Shown: piece by piece, positions 1 through 12,572 of the stretch
Numbering within the stretch: the first letter of the stretch is position 1
Layout of the letters: every line of letters begins with the position of its first letter
Origin: Felis catus
Lineage: Eukaryota
DNA: 64,000 nucleotides
Assembly: GCF_018350175.1 (NCBI RefSeq)
Contig: NC_058369.1
Span: 23,748,001 to 23,812,000, forward strand
Direction: 5' to 3'
Made by a program: the position numbers and the translations under genes
The notes under the pieces: model-generated
Told to the model about the DNA's origin: nothing
Databases searched by the model: none
What the model saw: only the letters and a program-made list of their open reading frames with translations

Positions 1-160
1 TTCTTTTGCATGCATGTTTATTTATTTTCTGTCTCCCCTCACTAGAACGTCAGCTCCAGGAGAGCAGGGATCTTGTCTGTCTTGTTCAAACCTATAACCT
101 CTAGTAACTGGCACAGAGAAAGTGCTCAGAATAAATGAATAAATGAATGAATGAATGATC
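1..160 (+). mobile_element. L2 LINE 3' end fragment
   Basis: ctgtctccccc..actagaa..gctccagga..gcaggga..gtcttgttca..gtgctca..(aatg)n tail, typical of the L2 3' end. Confidence 0.7.
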
Positions 161-1144
161 ATACCCATAGCCCTATAACTGCTAAGCAAGAGCTTGAACC
201 CTGGTAATCTGACTCTAAATAGCAGGGGCTTAACCACCATAATTTATTTACCTATAAAGAAAGGAAAACTGTTTTTTGAAAGGTGTCCTAGTTCCCTAAA
301 TGTGCCCACACTTTTTCCTCTGGCCTCCTCCACACAAGGCTTACCTTAAGTGGAAGGAGTCTGATAAGAGAAATAGTTTTCCTCTGAAGAAAGACAGTAT
401 TCTATTACTCTCCCTTCTTGTCATACTGTTTCTTTTGAAAAGTTTTCTCTTAACTGGCATTTTCTCATAAAAGACAGCTGAGATGCTCAATCTTGTTATC
501 CATCCTGTGTTCTATGTGGGCCAGTGGGCATCTAGATACTGGGTTTAGAAGGCACATTAACCATTTCTGGGGGGACACAAGTCCATTTAGTAACATAGAA
601 AGAAGTTGACTTTCTCATCTGAGAGATAGGAGAAAATGCTGGAATTTTTATTTTGCCTTATTTTATTTTTTTATTGTCCACAATTTTCAATATTACGTGC
701 CTAAATCTGTGTGTTGGGATTTGGAAATCTGATTTAGTAGTTTCATTATTACTTTTGCTCCCAAACAACGCATTATCCAGCCACACTCCTGGGTATAAGC
801 TCTTCAGCCAAGTTCCTTTCTCTGGAAGAGGAATCTAGAGAAGTATAATATTTTTCAAATTTCTCGGACTTAGACATGCTGTGAAGCTGACTGGCAGAAA
901 AATAAAATCTCATTAGACAGCATCTAGATAACGAGCAGATTTGGTTCTAACTAGGGTCTAATATAGATCAAACCTATCCTTTCTAGATAAGAAGCAATGA
1001 AGAGTCTTTTTTTTTTTTTTAAGAGTCTTCCTTTCATGACCACCTACTAGGAGGGCACATTTGGATGAGTGTTAAAATAAATTTTTCCCAAAGAAGAAAA
1101 GTATATCAGGGCATCTCAAAACTACTTAAGAATATGAAAATCTA

Positions 1145-1292
1145 GGGGCACCTGTGTAGCTCATTCGGTTAAGGGTTCAACTCCAGCTCAGGTCATGATC
1201 TTGTGTTTTGTGAATTCAAGCCCTGCGTCAGGCTCTGTGCTGACATCTCAGAACCTGGACCCTGCTTCAGATTCTGTGTCTTCCTCTCTCTC

Positions 1293-1334
<42 letters not shown>

Positions 1335-1393
1335 CCTCCCCCACTTGTCCTCTCTCCCTCTCTCTCTCTCTCTCTGTCTCAAAAATAAATAAA
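1145..1393 (+). mobile_element. CanSINE (SINEC_Fc-type)
   Basis: ggggcacctg..gctca head, (ct)n tract, A-rich tail; TSD aagaatatgaa(a/c)atct at 1128-1143 and 1394-1409. Confidence 0.95.
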
Positions 1394-4169
1394 AAGAATA
1401 TGAACATCTTTGTTAATTTCAGCTATGTAATAATTTTTTATATCAAACTAATGATGGAGAAAAATTTTAAGATATACATAATAGCAAAATATCGAAATAA
1501 AAAAAGACAAGAGTTTCACCATTTGGTCAATTACTTGGTCTTCCTGACATCAAGCTGTGCACAAACCATCTAGGAAGCTGAGGGCATTTTTTTACTTTTC
1601 AAGAATGTTCTGACTGATCATAGCACTTACACATCTTACTGAATTTTAACTGGAGCGACTCTAATATGATTTTTTTTCTTCTGTGCAAATATTCTCAACC
1701 TCCTTAAAAGAGACTGAAAATAATTCTAAATAGCCGAATTAAATCCCAAGTCCTTTTAATTTTGTATACTTTGCTGTTATAATCTTCAGTGCTTAATAAA
1801 GTGACACTGTTATGACTTCCCAAATCTGTCTCAATAAATCAGCGAATTTCAGATAAAAGCTTCTTACTCAGTTTAATCCTTAATTCAGTGATCTATAAGT
1901 GTCCATTAAGGTCAAGTGACAATTCATTGACTCTGAAAAACATGAGAAACACTCCCAGGGCATAAAAGATCCCAATGTCGCTGAATGTATTTAAAGTAAG
2001 TGGTTTTGACTTAAGCAAAGATTTCTACTTAACCCAGAAGAAAAGCAGTCACTCCTTGGAAATACCACAGAATTCAGGGACATGAAATGAATAATGGCAA
2101 AGGATTAAATTTACCTATTCCAGCCTGTACATATATCTACTGAGTATATACAGGAACATGATGGCTCCACTCACGTGTTGCTCATGGACAACCCTGTTCT
2201 TCTCAGCTCAGGAGCAAAATCCTCTCAGTCATGTAGATATGTCATAACAGAGATTAGTGGGTACACAAGCACCATCCCTCCCTGGTTCTGCGTGTTCAAT
2301 TTGAGGATGTTTTCAAACATCTCTTTGCTATTTGAAAACAGCATTCAATCCATAGTGATAGCAGTATCTATTTCAAAATTCAACAACAGAAAATAAAAAA
2401 AAAATCATACATTTAGGGTCAGTTTGTCAGGAGTAAATAACAGCTACAGAAAATAAATCAAAGAGCAGTTTAACACATACGGAAAGTAACAGCCATAGGC
2501 ATGACTGATAAGGTATTCATTCATTCATTCATTCATTCATTCACTCTATTAGTTTCTCATTCAAATGTATGCATGGATTGTCTACTGTGGGTCATCAATT
2601 ATTCATTCAACAAGCATTTATGGCATACCCATTCATTCATATCAAATTGGTATTGTATGTGCCAGATTATGTTGCTTTGTCCAGTACAGCCAACAGATAA
2701 TTATTGAGCACTTACTAAGTGCTAGATCTTAACAGGTTCTAGAACAAAGGCTCCAATGAATGGGTGAGATGCAAACCCCCAAAATGTGTTTGTAAACATA
2801 TCCTGGATGTTATTGCTACTTAGGTGACGTCATTGGGCCTGTGGCTTCTGAGTGTGTTTGGAACAGGGCTTAAAAGGCTTAAGAACCAAGTTCAACATTA
2901 GGAATTCTTCTTTGTGCTAGTTGGCCACCCTGGAAGTCCCAAGGGGGTCCAGCAGGAGAGAGGGGTTGATTCTGATCCAGTGGGTCACCCTTTGGAGACA
3001 CCCCCTGTAGCCATGTCATTGCTGGGGCTCCCAAACATTGTCATCTGATAGGAAGCCTAGCAGAGGCACTTTGGCCTCTGTTTGAGGAGGCTGGTTTGAA
3101 ACTGGGTGAACTTGTAGCCAAAAGTCTCTTTTCCACACTTTTGACTACCTCACAGAAATGGAATCTGCCCCCACTTCCCTCCTGAAGCAGTCACTCTAGT
3201 TCGTGCTGAGCATTTGACAATACCTAATATCATCAGACTTGACCTGAAGAGAAAGGGCTGTTATCCTGATGTCACAAATGGGGAAGTAAGCTTGCAGAGG
3301 TGACATCACTTGCCTTGGGATGCATAGCCAGGATTTAAACTCAAGCCCTGATTCCTAAGGGCAAAAGCGGAGGGTAGAGCTAGGAAAAGAAGAGGCAAGA
3401 AGGAGGGAGGAAAGCAGAGGAGAGGGATGGAAGGAAAGAAGAGGGGGAAGAGGGAGGTGGGAAGGATGAAAGACGGGGATAGAGAAGGAAATGAGGCAAA
3501 AAAGGTGCTGAGACCATTCTCCCAGGAGAGCAGTGAGAAAAGATTGTATCTGCTCTCTCCTCTTTGTCTACAGAGGATTAGCCTACAGGATATCCCACAC
3601 CCATGTTTACATCAAAATTGTAATCAATGCATGTTGCCAGAGACCCTGAAGTTTTCACAAGGCCAAAATTAGATTGCTTCTTTTTCTGAGCAACCTCATA
3701 ATGGTACATTCTTCAGTTTGCTTCCAAAAGTCACCGTCCATGGTAGAGAGTTTTTGCTCAGGCCGTGAACCAATGTCTGTATCTTTGAACAGTGTCCCCC
3801 AACCAGGGGTTTGATTCCCAGGTTGTTCATCTTTCTCTTCCTTTTTTGGTGAACTTTCCCCAATTATCTACTGTGTGCCAGGAATTATGCTAACCATTGG
3901 CTATGCAGAAATGAATGAGACGTGGTCTCTGCCCTCAAGAGCTCACAACGAAGCAGGATATCCAGGCGCATGCAATAATGATGAGGAGTGTAATGCTTAT
4001 TCACGCTACACAATAAGGTATGTGGGAGACAGAGCAAGGGAAAAAAGCAGGCTCAATACTAAAGAAAGGAGACAAAGGATTATGTCCAGAGATAGGGCAT
4101 CAGTCTGGCTATTCAGAGCTTTTGCCTGTCCAGCATTGATTCCTCCCTCCCTGGGTAAGAACACCTAAT

Positions 4170-4615
4170 TCTCCCTTGAAGACTCACCTATATTCTTCTT
4201 CCGGGTCAGATGACTCCACCCTCTTATTCAAGGTGTGGACCTGTGACCCACGCATGGAGTCACATGACTTTTCTCTGATTAGACCAATGAGAGATAGTGT
4301 CGGGATCGTGTCTTGGAGGCAGTGCAGTAGGGGAACCCACCTCCCCCGGAGGTTGCTAACCTGGTTGGCTCTAAGTGTAGTCTCTGGGTGAGGGGTTGGG
4401 AAGTACCATGTGACCTAAGTGGCATGGAAAATGAAGACAGCCTAGAAGTAAGCAGAGCCCAGAAATGGAGGAAGAAGTAAGACATTAGCCTGACCGTGTT
4501 GGAGCCCTTGGATCCAGCTGTGTCTGAGGTCCACTTTACCCTCCTCACCTATCTTTCATGAAATCAGTTTGAGTTGGGTTTTATCACTTGCAATTCAAAA
4601 GGTTCTGACAATACA
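4170..4615 (+). mobile_element. Old MaLR LTR fragment (MLT1K/L-like)
   Basis: gagcccttggatccagctgtgtctgagg..tcagtttgagttgggttttatcacttgcaa..ctgacaatac resembles an MLT1 3' end. Confidence 0.55.
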
Positions 4616-5742
4616 ATACTATTTGGTTGTTTTAGGGAAATTCACATTTAAGCACAAAAGGCAAGGTCAGCTTTACAACTTAAACAGCAAATACCTGTTC
4701 CATTCCCCACTGGGTTTGGATCAGCCCTCCAAAGTCTAAAGGAGATTTGACCTGACACCATCCTCAGGCTCCCTGGAGACAGAGCCCCTTGTCAGCTAAG
4801 AAAAACCATGGGGAATCACCATTAACGTATGGGTGGCGTGGAGTACGAGGTGAACCGATATATAAGCCAGGTGGGAATCTTGGGAGCGCTTTGAAGATAA
4901 GCCAGTGAGGTCCAAGCCAGGAAGAGAGTACGTGAGGGGCTTTTCTTAGAGACAAAACACTCTGTGGCTAAGTGATGGATGCTGCAGCCTGTGACCTATA
5001 CCTACATCTATAGGACATCTGGCTTTGACATACTTGGGACAATGAATGGGAAAATCAGCAACTGTCTTTTAAAGTTGACTCTTGATTTCTCTGGTCTCTC
5101 TGATCCTACTTCATTTGGAAACATAAATTAACTGGTTTAAGTAAGCTAAATCCATTGGGGTTTGATTTTGGGTCTTAAAATCCAAATGTGCGGGTGTAGA
5201 AAGGAGATTCCCTATGTTCATTAGGAATAATATTTTAAATACCTACTTTCTCCACGTGGATTCATTAATATATTCCACACAAAAATGCTTTCTGCAAGCC
5301 TCCTGTGTACCTGCCACTGTGCTACAGGCAGGACTACTGAGGTGGGCAAAATTTAGATAAAGTTCTAACCCTCAGAGAGCCTATATATCTTCCCTGCATA
5401 AGAGACCATCTTCTAAGTGAATATATTCAGTCAGTCAGTCACTTACTGGTTTCTTCCTTGCACCAGCTTGTATAATTATGCATATTATATATGATGAAAA
5501 TAAAGGTCAGATAGCAGGGTGTTCCAGAAAAGAGCTATTCTTTGAGGGTGAATTAACTGATGAACAGAGAACACAAAAAGTAGCATGTTAAACTCCTGCT
5601 ACATTTCTAAACCTCCCCCCCCCTTTTTTTTTTTTACCTTTGTTCAAACTGGAAAATCTGTGATTTTCTTTCTCGGTTAATATAGTTGGGTAAATCTGGT
5701 TAATACAGTCTCCTAAGACTCAGGCATGATGGTCCAGTGGTT

Positions 5743-6075
5743 AGAGCTATACTGTCCGGTACAGTGATCACGAGTCGGATGTGACCATTGAACACCTGAA
5801 ATGTGGCTCATCCAAATTAAGACAGGCTGTAAGTGCAAAATATAAACTGACTTTGAAAGCCTTAGTATGAAAACAGAGAAAGATGGTAAAGTCTTTAATT
5901 AATAATCTCTATATTGACTAGGTTGAAATGGTAGTATTTTTGGATATTTTGGATTAAACACATATTTCTAAGATTAATTTCTCCTACTTCTTTTTCCTTT
6001 TTTAAAAAATATGGCTACTAGCAAATTTAAAATTATGTACATGGCTCACATTATTTTCTGCCAGACATCACTGAG
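5743..6075. mobile_element. MER33/MER3-like hAT-Charlie DNA transposon
   Basis: ctgtcc..atgtgaccattgaacacctgaaatgtggct..gtggctactagcaaatttaaaattatgtacatggctcacatta. Confidence 0.75.
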
Positions 6076-6079
6076 TTAA

Positions 6080-6305
6080 AACAGGACTCAGGAGTGAGAG
6101 TGAAGATTGAAATCTGGCTTCTCTATTTAATAGCTGTGTGCCACTGGATAACTTAGCCTCACTGAGCCTCACTTTCCCCCTCTGTAAAAGGGATCATTAA
6201 CAGTCCCTACCTTTTTGGGCTGTTGTGGCTATTACATGAGAAAGTCTATTCATAGTGTTAGCACAATGCCTGGCATGTAGTTCCTTTTTAGTAAATGTTG
6301 GTTAT
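6080..6305 (+). mobile_element. MIR SINE
   Basis: MIR core ctgagcctcactttcccctctgtaaaagggat..gcacaatgcctggcatgtag. Confidence 0.75.
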
Positions 6306-7469
6306 CCAGTGTTGCCCCTGGAAAGTCAAGAGACTGGGCTAGAGTGGGTAACAACAGAAAAATATGCTATGGGAATTTGCAATAATCTCTGACACAGAGT
6401 TGTTTCCTTTTGATTTGCCGTTTTCCTAAATCTAAAGTGCTCCCAACATGAGTGTACCGTTAATGGATAGCCATGGCCAACCAGTCTCTTGTTTGGGCTA
6501 GGTGAGGACTGTATCTTGTCGTCATTCTTTGTGGAATGTTTTGGAAAGTACACGCAGTTACTATTACACATACTATGAATGTAGGTAGTGTTTCCTGAAA
6601 GCTGCCCATGTGTCAGACCTTGTGCTAAGCATTTTATCTACAGGTTGGGCACCCAATGGCCCAGAATCACAGGAGGGCCAAGAGATTTGCTTAGGGTTCC
6701 CCGGCCAGAAATCGGCAGAGACAGGACTCAACCCAAGTCCGTCTGACCCCAAAAGTCAATCTATGTATTGATTGAAGCAGAAATATTCTGGGTAATTCCC
6801 TGTGATCATCAAATCCTAGTGCCTTCCTCAGAGTTCCATGGACTGTTTAGACAGAGGAGGAAATCTGGCTTACCACAGGAGTTCCACATTGTTGCACCAA
6901 CAAAATAGAATCAGAGATTTTACAGTAATGAAAAGTTCTGCTTTCAAAAGGTGCCCGTTCTTTAGTTAGAAGGAAGCAGAGACCCCATTCGATGCAATCC
7001 TTCCCATCTATGGCTCTAAAATACTACCAGCCAGAAACAAAAAGAGTGGCAGAACTTTCTCTCTGGAGAATTTTCCAGGGCCTTACAAATATGACCCCAT
7101 TAATCCACTCAATACCCGGATGAGATAGGTAGCTGCAAGTTATTATTATTCTCGTTTTCGAGATAGAAAACCCGAAGCCAAGAGAGATTAAGCAATTAGT
7201 CCAAGGTCAAGTGGTGAGCTAGACCGACCTGGAAATGAAACAATTATCTTCTGAAATTCCACTCAAATACACAAACTGATTGGCTTGTTACCACCATGTG
7301 CTGATACCCACTTCGATGCCCTCCACACGAAATGACTGGCTTTTAAATGAGATTTCCGCAGCTGCCTTTGACTGAATTTGTATGGATTGGTTTAATATCA
7401 CTGTCCAAACTGACATCAGATTTTTTCCAAAATATCGGCTGAAGGAAAATACAGTTCTTTGCTCCAAAT

Positions 7470-8740
7470 GTGGTATCCATTTTACCTAGCTCTGTTACAT
7501 TTAATCATACCTACACCGTTCTTGGAGCATAAAGGGAGAATTGTTCCACAAAGAAAACCCTGCTTGTGTTTTCTTTTTCTTTAGAGATAATCTGTAGCCC
7601 ATAAAAAGGTTCAGGGGCATCTGCAATTTTTCTGTGATGTTTAGACTGAGAAACGATGAGCATAAATTGTCTCAGAATTGTACAAAACCCAGAATCTAAT
7701 TGCTCACCTTTGAGCTTACTATCACTCTTCAGTCAAATACCCTTTACTCTTTTCAGCTGCACTCCTTTGACAGTAGGTAAAGTTATGTGAACCGAAGTCA
7801 TAGGCTGGGAAAAGAGAAGACTTCCAGGCAAGCCAGGAAGAATCTTTGCTTTGAGCTGACAGTTGCAAAGGCATATGCACAGAAAATTGGTCCACTGGAG
7901 AAAGTGCTGCTAGTGGTCCCTCTTTGCAAAAGGCTCTGCCCCTCTGAATGTAATTTAAAATCAACTATTCTGTTATCAGTTTTGACTGGCTTGGGGCAAC
8001 ATGAGATATCAATGAAACCGTTGTTGTCAGAAGGAAAATAAGGTTCCGTTTCATTAACTTGGGAGGAGGGCATCTACTCTTTTAGAAATGGCCACGTGCC
8101 ACGCTCTGAGCTTGTTGTTTAAGAATTCACAGTGGTCACTTTTGGATTTGTTGAATATCAGTTTCTTTGACAAATCAGATGAGGCTCTTGGAGAAATTCT
8201 TCTTCCACGCCTCCATAATTTCTGGAAGTCCAGGAGACGTGGGACTGGTCATCCTAAGAGATTCCAATTCTGTTCCCTCTCACTGTTCAACTTGCTCAGC
8301 CTTTCACGACCCCTTTGGTCCTGTGCTGATGTGGACAGCTCCTTCCAGAAGCACAAACTCAACCTAAGCCTACTTGCTATCTTGCTAATAATGCACAGAC
8401 ATAGCGGGGGGAGGGGAGGGGGCGGGGCGCAAAAAGAGTAAGCTTACTCATATTCTTCTTTCCAGAAATCAAGCACTGGGGGAATGCAATGGCAAGGCAA
8501 TCCTTTCCCTGAAGCCCACATCCACCTCCTCATGGACTGAAAACATGACACTCAGAAATGAAAGCATCTTTAACTAGTGTTGGGGGCCCAAGTCCAACAT
8601 CTCCCAAAGGATTATCTTGAGCATTTCCAAAAGGAGTTATGATGTCTTAGGATTTCCAGAAGTCCTAGTATGTTGCTGTCTTGGGATATTTCCATGGATC
8701 CCACTAAACTACCTTGTCTGAAGGGTGTTGAACAGCATAG
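7470..8740 (+). pseudogene. FBXL14-like: Decayed FBXL14-like (F-box/LRR) unitary pseudogene, putative lost ohnolog between ERC2 and WNT5A
   Basis: Collinear plus-strand peptide blocks versus recalled human FBXL14: LLHLIIPTPFLEHKGR (7492-7539) vs LLAMIFGYLDVRDKGR; RDNL*/HKKV/RGI (7583-7621) vs RDAAYHKSVWRGV; QLHSFDSR*SYV (7754-7789) vs QILSLRRSLSYV; CFELT..AYAQKIGPL..LCK (7847-7930) vs CYNLT..AFVQEIGSL..LCK; RFRFINLGGGHL (8041-8076) vs RLKSLNLRSCRHL; LSLLFKNSQWSLLDLLNISF (8106-8165) vs LSLKHISRGLTGLRLLNLSF; HGLKT (8531-8545) vs HGLRT; KGL..EH..DVLG (8606-8652) vs KGL..EH..DLYG; TKLPCLK[+1]VLN (8703-8733) vs TQLPCLKVLN. Several stops and frameshifts. Confidence 0.82.
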
Positions 8741-9754
8741 CATCATTTGCATACAACCGTGCTGTAAAATGATCTAAGAAAGGCACTGCATTACCAAAGG
8801 AATGCTAAAAACCAAGGCCATAGATTTTGGCCAGAGGCAAAGGTACTGATTCCCAACCAACCCACGACTAATCCCGAAGCCTTAATTCTTCTTCCAGATG
8901 TGAGCAGTACTGGGCAGGGAAAGAGAAACGGTCCTGTCCAGTAGTGCTTTGCTCCGCTGCAAGTCGTCCTTGTTCTGTTTTTCCAACCAGGTGCACATTT
9001 CTTATCATATAAGCTGGGCAGATCTTTTCTGTATTTTAAAAACCCAGTGTTTTATTGTCCCAAACCCTCGCTCTTGACTTGAGTTCATGTGTTTTGTGGA
9101 AGTACAAGTGGTAATTACACAAGTCTTTCCTTCCCTGTCATTGGCAACAGTCACCAGGAAAATTTACAGCCCCCAATATCCAGATCTGGAAACTGGTTAT
9201 TAAACATGGTTGAGGAAAACCCTGACGTGGCAAAATGGGATCTGAACAAGGGCCAGCCCAGCAGCAATTCCTGTGGGAGAATGGCTGGGAGTCAGCAAGG
9301 GACCACTGGTTTTATTTCATTAAATATTTTTATTGTTTATGACAATATTACTACTACTACCAGTTATCATTTATTTGTACAGAAACTATTATGTGGCTGG
9401 TATTGTGCTAAGTGCCCATTTGATCCTTGTTAAGGAAAAAAAAAAAAAAAAAGAACAACCCTCTGGGAATGTATTATGATTTTAGGATGAGGAAATAGGG
9501 AGGCTGCAAACTCAAATATGTCCAGGGGCCAGGCAGGTAATGCACTGGGGTACAGGTGGCCGGGTGTAGCCTCTCAGAGAGAGATGAGGACAACAGAGGT
9601 ACAAGCCACCACTGCCCTGTCAGAACATTCTAAGACACAGCACTGGCCAGACAAGAAAGATTCGAAGCCTGAATTCATTCCACAGGCATTAATTTTCTAG
9701 TTTCTGTAATTTGAATCTGGATTAATGCTTAATGACATTAAACATTTTTAGGAT

Positions 9755-10115
9755 AAACTTGTAAAGTAAGACATAAATACAGACAGAAAAGTACACAAAC
9801 CCTATCACTTGATGAATTTTCACAAACTGAACATAACCATGTTAACCAACTTTCAGGCCAAGAATCAGAATGTTACCAGCATCCCCAAACCACTTTTTTG
9901 TGCCCTACCAGTTGTGAACTCCCAAAGGTTAGCCAATTATCCTGACTCCTAACCCTGTAGATTAATTTTGTCTGTTTCTGAGCTTTATCTGAATGAAGTC
10001 ACACAGTATGTTTGCTTGTATCTGTCTGCTTTCACCGCATATTACGTGAAATCCATCTGTGTTGTGGCACGTAGGGATAGTTCCTTCCCAATGGCTTTTG
10101 TTCTCAAATCTATTA
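9755..10115 (-). mobile_element. Old L1 (L1MD/L1ME-like) 3' fragment
   Basis: gatgaattttcacaaactgaaca..cagaatgttaccagcatcccc..ttaattttgtctgtttctgagcttta. Confidence 0.7.
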
Positions 10116-11349
10116 CTTGGTATGTTCCCCCGAATACCTTCCAACTATGCAACTAAGGAGGGCGACCTCCTTCTCCGAATACAGGTTCTAAATGTTGAAA
10201 CAAGCCACTCAAAGACGTGGAGTTATGAAGAGAGTTGTATGGTTAAAATGTTCTTTCCAAACATTTTTCATGTCTTGTCTCATTTCCTGTTCTCACATCC
10301 CATGTCGGGTAGCTGAGAGACAATCTCATTGATGAGATTCAGAAGCAGAGGGCGCACGCAGTTTCATGATTGCCTGTGAGCCTGGCGACTGAGATTTGGT
10401 TGAGATGCCTAGGTTGCCTGTCTCGTGCTGAACACACATCCTGATGCTCCCCTCTGGGCCAAAGCTCTATGCAAATTAAACCAGTCTCCAAGGTCATTTT
10501 GCTGGGGGTCGTGTTGCTGTGCGCATCTGATGTTTGCCTCCTTTCTTATTTGAAAATTTGCATTCCCCTCGTGAGGAACACCACATGACTCCTCCCCAGA
10601 GACAGGGATTTAGGGCCGAGGGTCTCACTTGCAACCTCAAAAGTGCTCCAGAATGGATGAATACCAAGAAAACAAAACCAAGAAAAGGATGGCAAGAAGT
10701 TATTTGAGCCCTGGGACAAGCCACATCTGAAACCCACTGCCTTTAAACTGTTTATTGCGTGAAGCAATATGCATGTATGTGTATGTATATATTTATTTTT
10801 GCTCACGTTATCTCGTGTTAGTTTTTTTTCTCTTATTCTTTTTTTGGCGGGGCGGGGTATGTGCAAAAGAAAAAAAAAATCCTAACCGATTCCCTTATTC
10901 AAATACTTATATTTCTCCCCTCAAATTCAAACAGTCTGTAATGTCTTCATCCAGTGAGTTGCAGTTATGTAGGCATGGAGGTTTTGTCTTGAATTTATGC
11001 AAGGTTTTCTCTTGAGCCCTAAGTGAAGTCACAGTGGTTGGCACAGACAACATCTATTTTTAAACTATAGAAATTCTCGCTTTGCCCTGAGCTTGGGAAA
11101 GGGTCTCCTCTACCCACATTGATCATTTCTGCCATTGATGCATAAGTAATCCGAGAGAGGAAGGCGAGGTTAGAGGGGGTAAAAGGATTTTCAAAAAGAA
11201 GGAAAAACCAGTCCAAATGGTAAAGCTGTTGTTTCAACAATTTTGGTCCAAAATGCTTTCAGAACTGTTTTCTTCTTTAGCCAGTGTGTCCTCTTGAGGG
11301 CCAGGAGAATATTCTGAGACAGAGATCTGCACTTTGAAAGCCCATCACA

Positions 11350-11965
11350 AAGAGGGGGATAAAGAGTAACTACAGTGGAGAAACCTAATAAATACGACCT
11401 CAGCCAGGTGATCAAGGTCAACATCAATAGTGAGAAGCCATGTTGATTGTGGGTACCCTTGAGATGCTGTGGTGAGAATAGCATTGAACCTCCATGGTCC
11501 TCCTCCTCAAACCCATATCCCTAGTCTGATCATGTGGAAAAAATCCCAGGATAGGGGCAACCCAGAATATATCTGACCCATACTCCCCAAAGCCGTCAAG
11601 GTCTTTATCAAAAATAGGGATAGTGTGAGCAAATTACAGCCAAGAGGTGCTTAAGGAGGCCTGACAACTAAATGTAATAAGGTATCTGGATAAGATCCTT
11701 GAATAGGAGAATGGCATTAGGTAAAAACTAGGGAAATCTTAACGAAGCATAGACTTTAGTTACTAGAATGAAGTAGGGATATTTAGTTAATAACAACGTA
11801 TTAGTGTTGGTTCAATTAGTGGCAAATGTACTGTACTGATGTAATATGTTAATAATAGAAGAAACTATGTTTGTGGGAAGGAAGTTTATAGGGGAGCTCA
11901 CTGTACTATCTGCTCAATTTTTCTGTACATCTAAGACTGTTCTAAAAAATAAACTGTGTTAAAAT
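11350..11965 (+). mobile_element. L1MC/L1MD-like 3' UTR fragment
   Basis: acagtggagaaacct..ctcagccaggtgatcaaggtcaacatcaa..ctgtactatctgctcaatttttctgtacatctaa. Confidence 0.8.
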
Positions 11966-12349
11966 AAACTGTATTCAAAAATTCATCACGGGATTTCTGT
12001 TGCTGCAGGAGGGTTTCCTAAAATTCAGAGCTCAAAAGGGTCCTTGAAATGATTAGAGTGATCCTTCTGGACATCTTAAGTAACCGTGAGCCACACTGTT
12101 AAATATGCCTTCATTGATTATTTTTCAATCCTTCTGATTCAGTAACAAAGCAAAATTCTTGGTTTGGCCCCAGAAACACTTCTCTAACTTTTGATGGTCT
12201 CCCTTTTTAACAAAGAAGGAGAAAGCCTCAGGCTCAGAACTCTGTTTTCATTATTTTTACTGTTCTTCTAGCTGGTGATGTCTATGAATAGAGAACAATC
12301 CTACTTTCTCCTTTATGATAGTGGCATTTTTTCCCTTACACTTATTTAT

Positions 12350-12572
12350 TTAAAAAAAATTTTTTTAATGTTTTTATTTATTTTTGAGCCAGAGAGAGAC
12401 AGAGCATGAGCAGGGGAGGGGCAGAGAGAGAGGGAGACACAGAATCTGAAGCAGGCTCCAGGCTCCGAGCAGTCAGCACAGAGCCCGACGTGGAGTTCGA
12501 ACCCACGAACCGTGAGATCATGACCTGAGCTGAAGTCAGACGCTTAACCGACTGAGCCACCCAGGCACCCCC
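12350..12572 (-). mobile_element. CanSINE (SINEC_Fc-type)
   Basis: Reverse-orientation SINEC ending gagccacccaggcacccc; flanked by repeated ttacacttattta. Confidence 0.95.

Noticed and set aside
1145..1230. tRNA-like A/B boxes
   Set aside because: These are tRNA-derived heads of CanSINEs, not tRNA genes.
1195..1392. Recurrent ORFs of the MAQSVKHLTSAQVMIS../EPASDSVSPSLS type (also 12378, 14706, 25487, 36084, 42881, 44468)
   Set aside because: Translations of CanSINE sequence, not genes.
1..7400. WNT5A exons or CpG-island promoter
   Set aside because: No Wnt coding sequence or CpG island is visible; WNT5A is inferred only from synteny to lie outside the window.
7722..8073. Minus-strand ORFs (7798..8073, 7722..7964) as a coding exon ending at the 7708 donor
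   Set aside because: No recognisable protein, and stops occur before the donor. The coding-like texture is explained by the plus-strand FBXL14-like relic.
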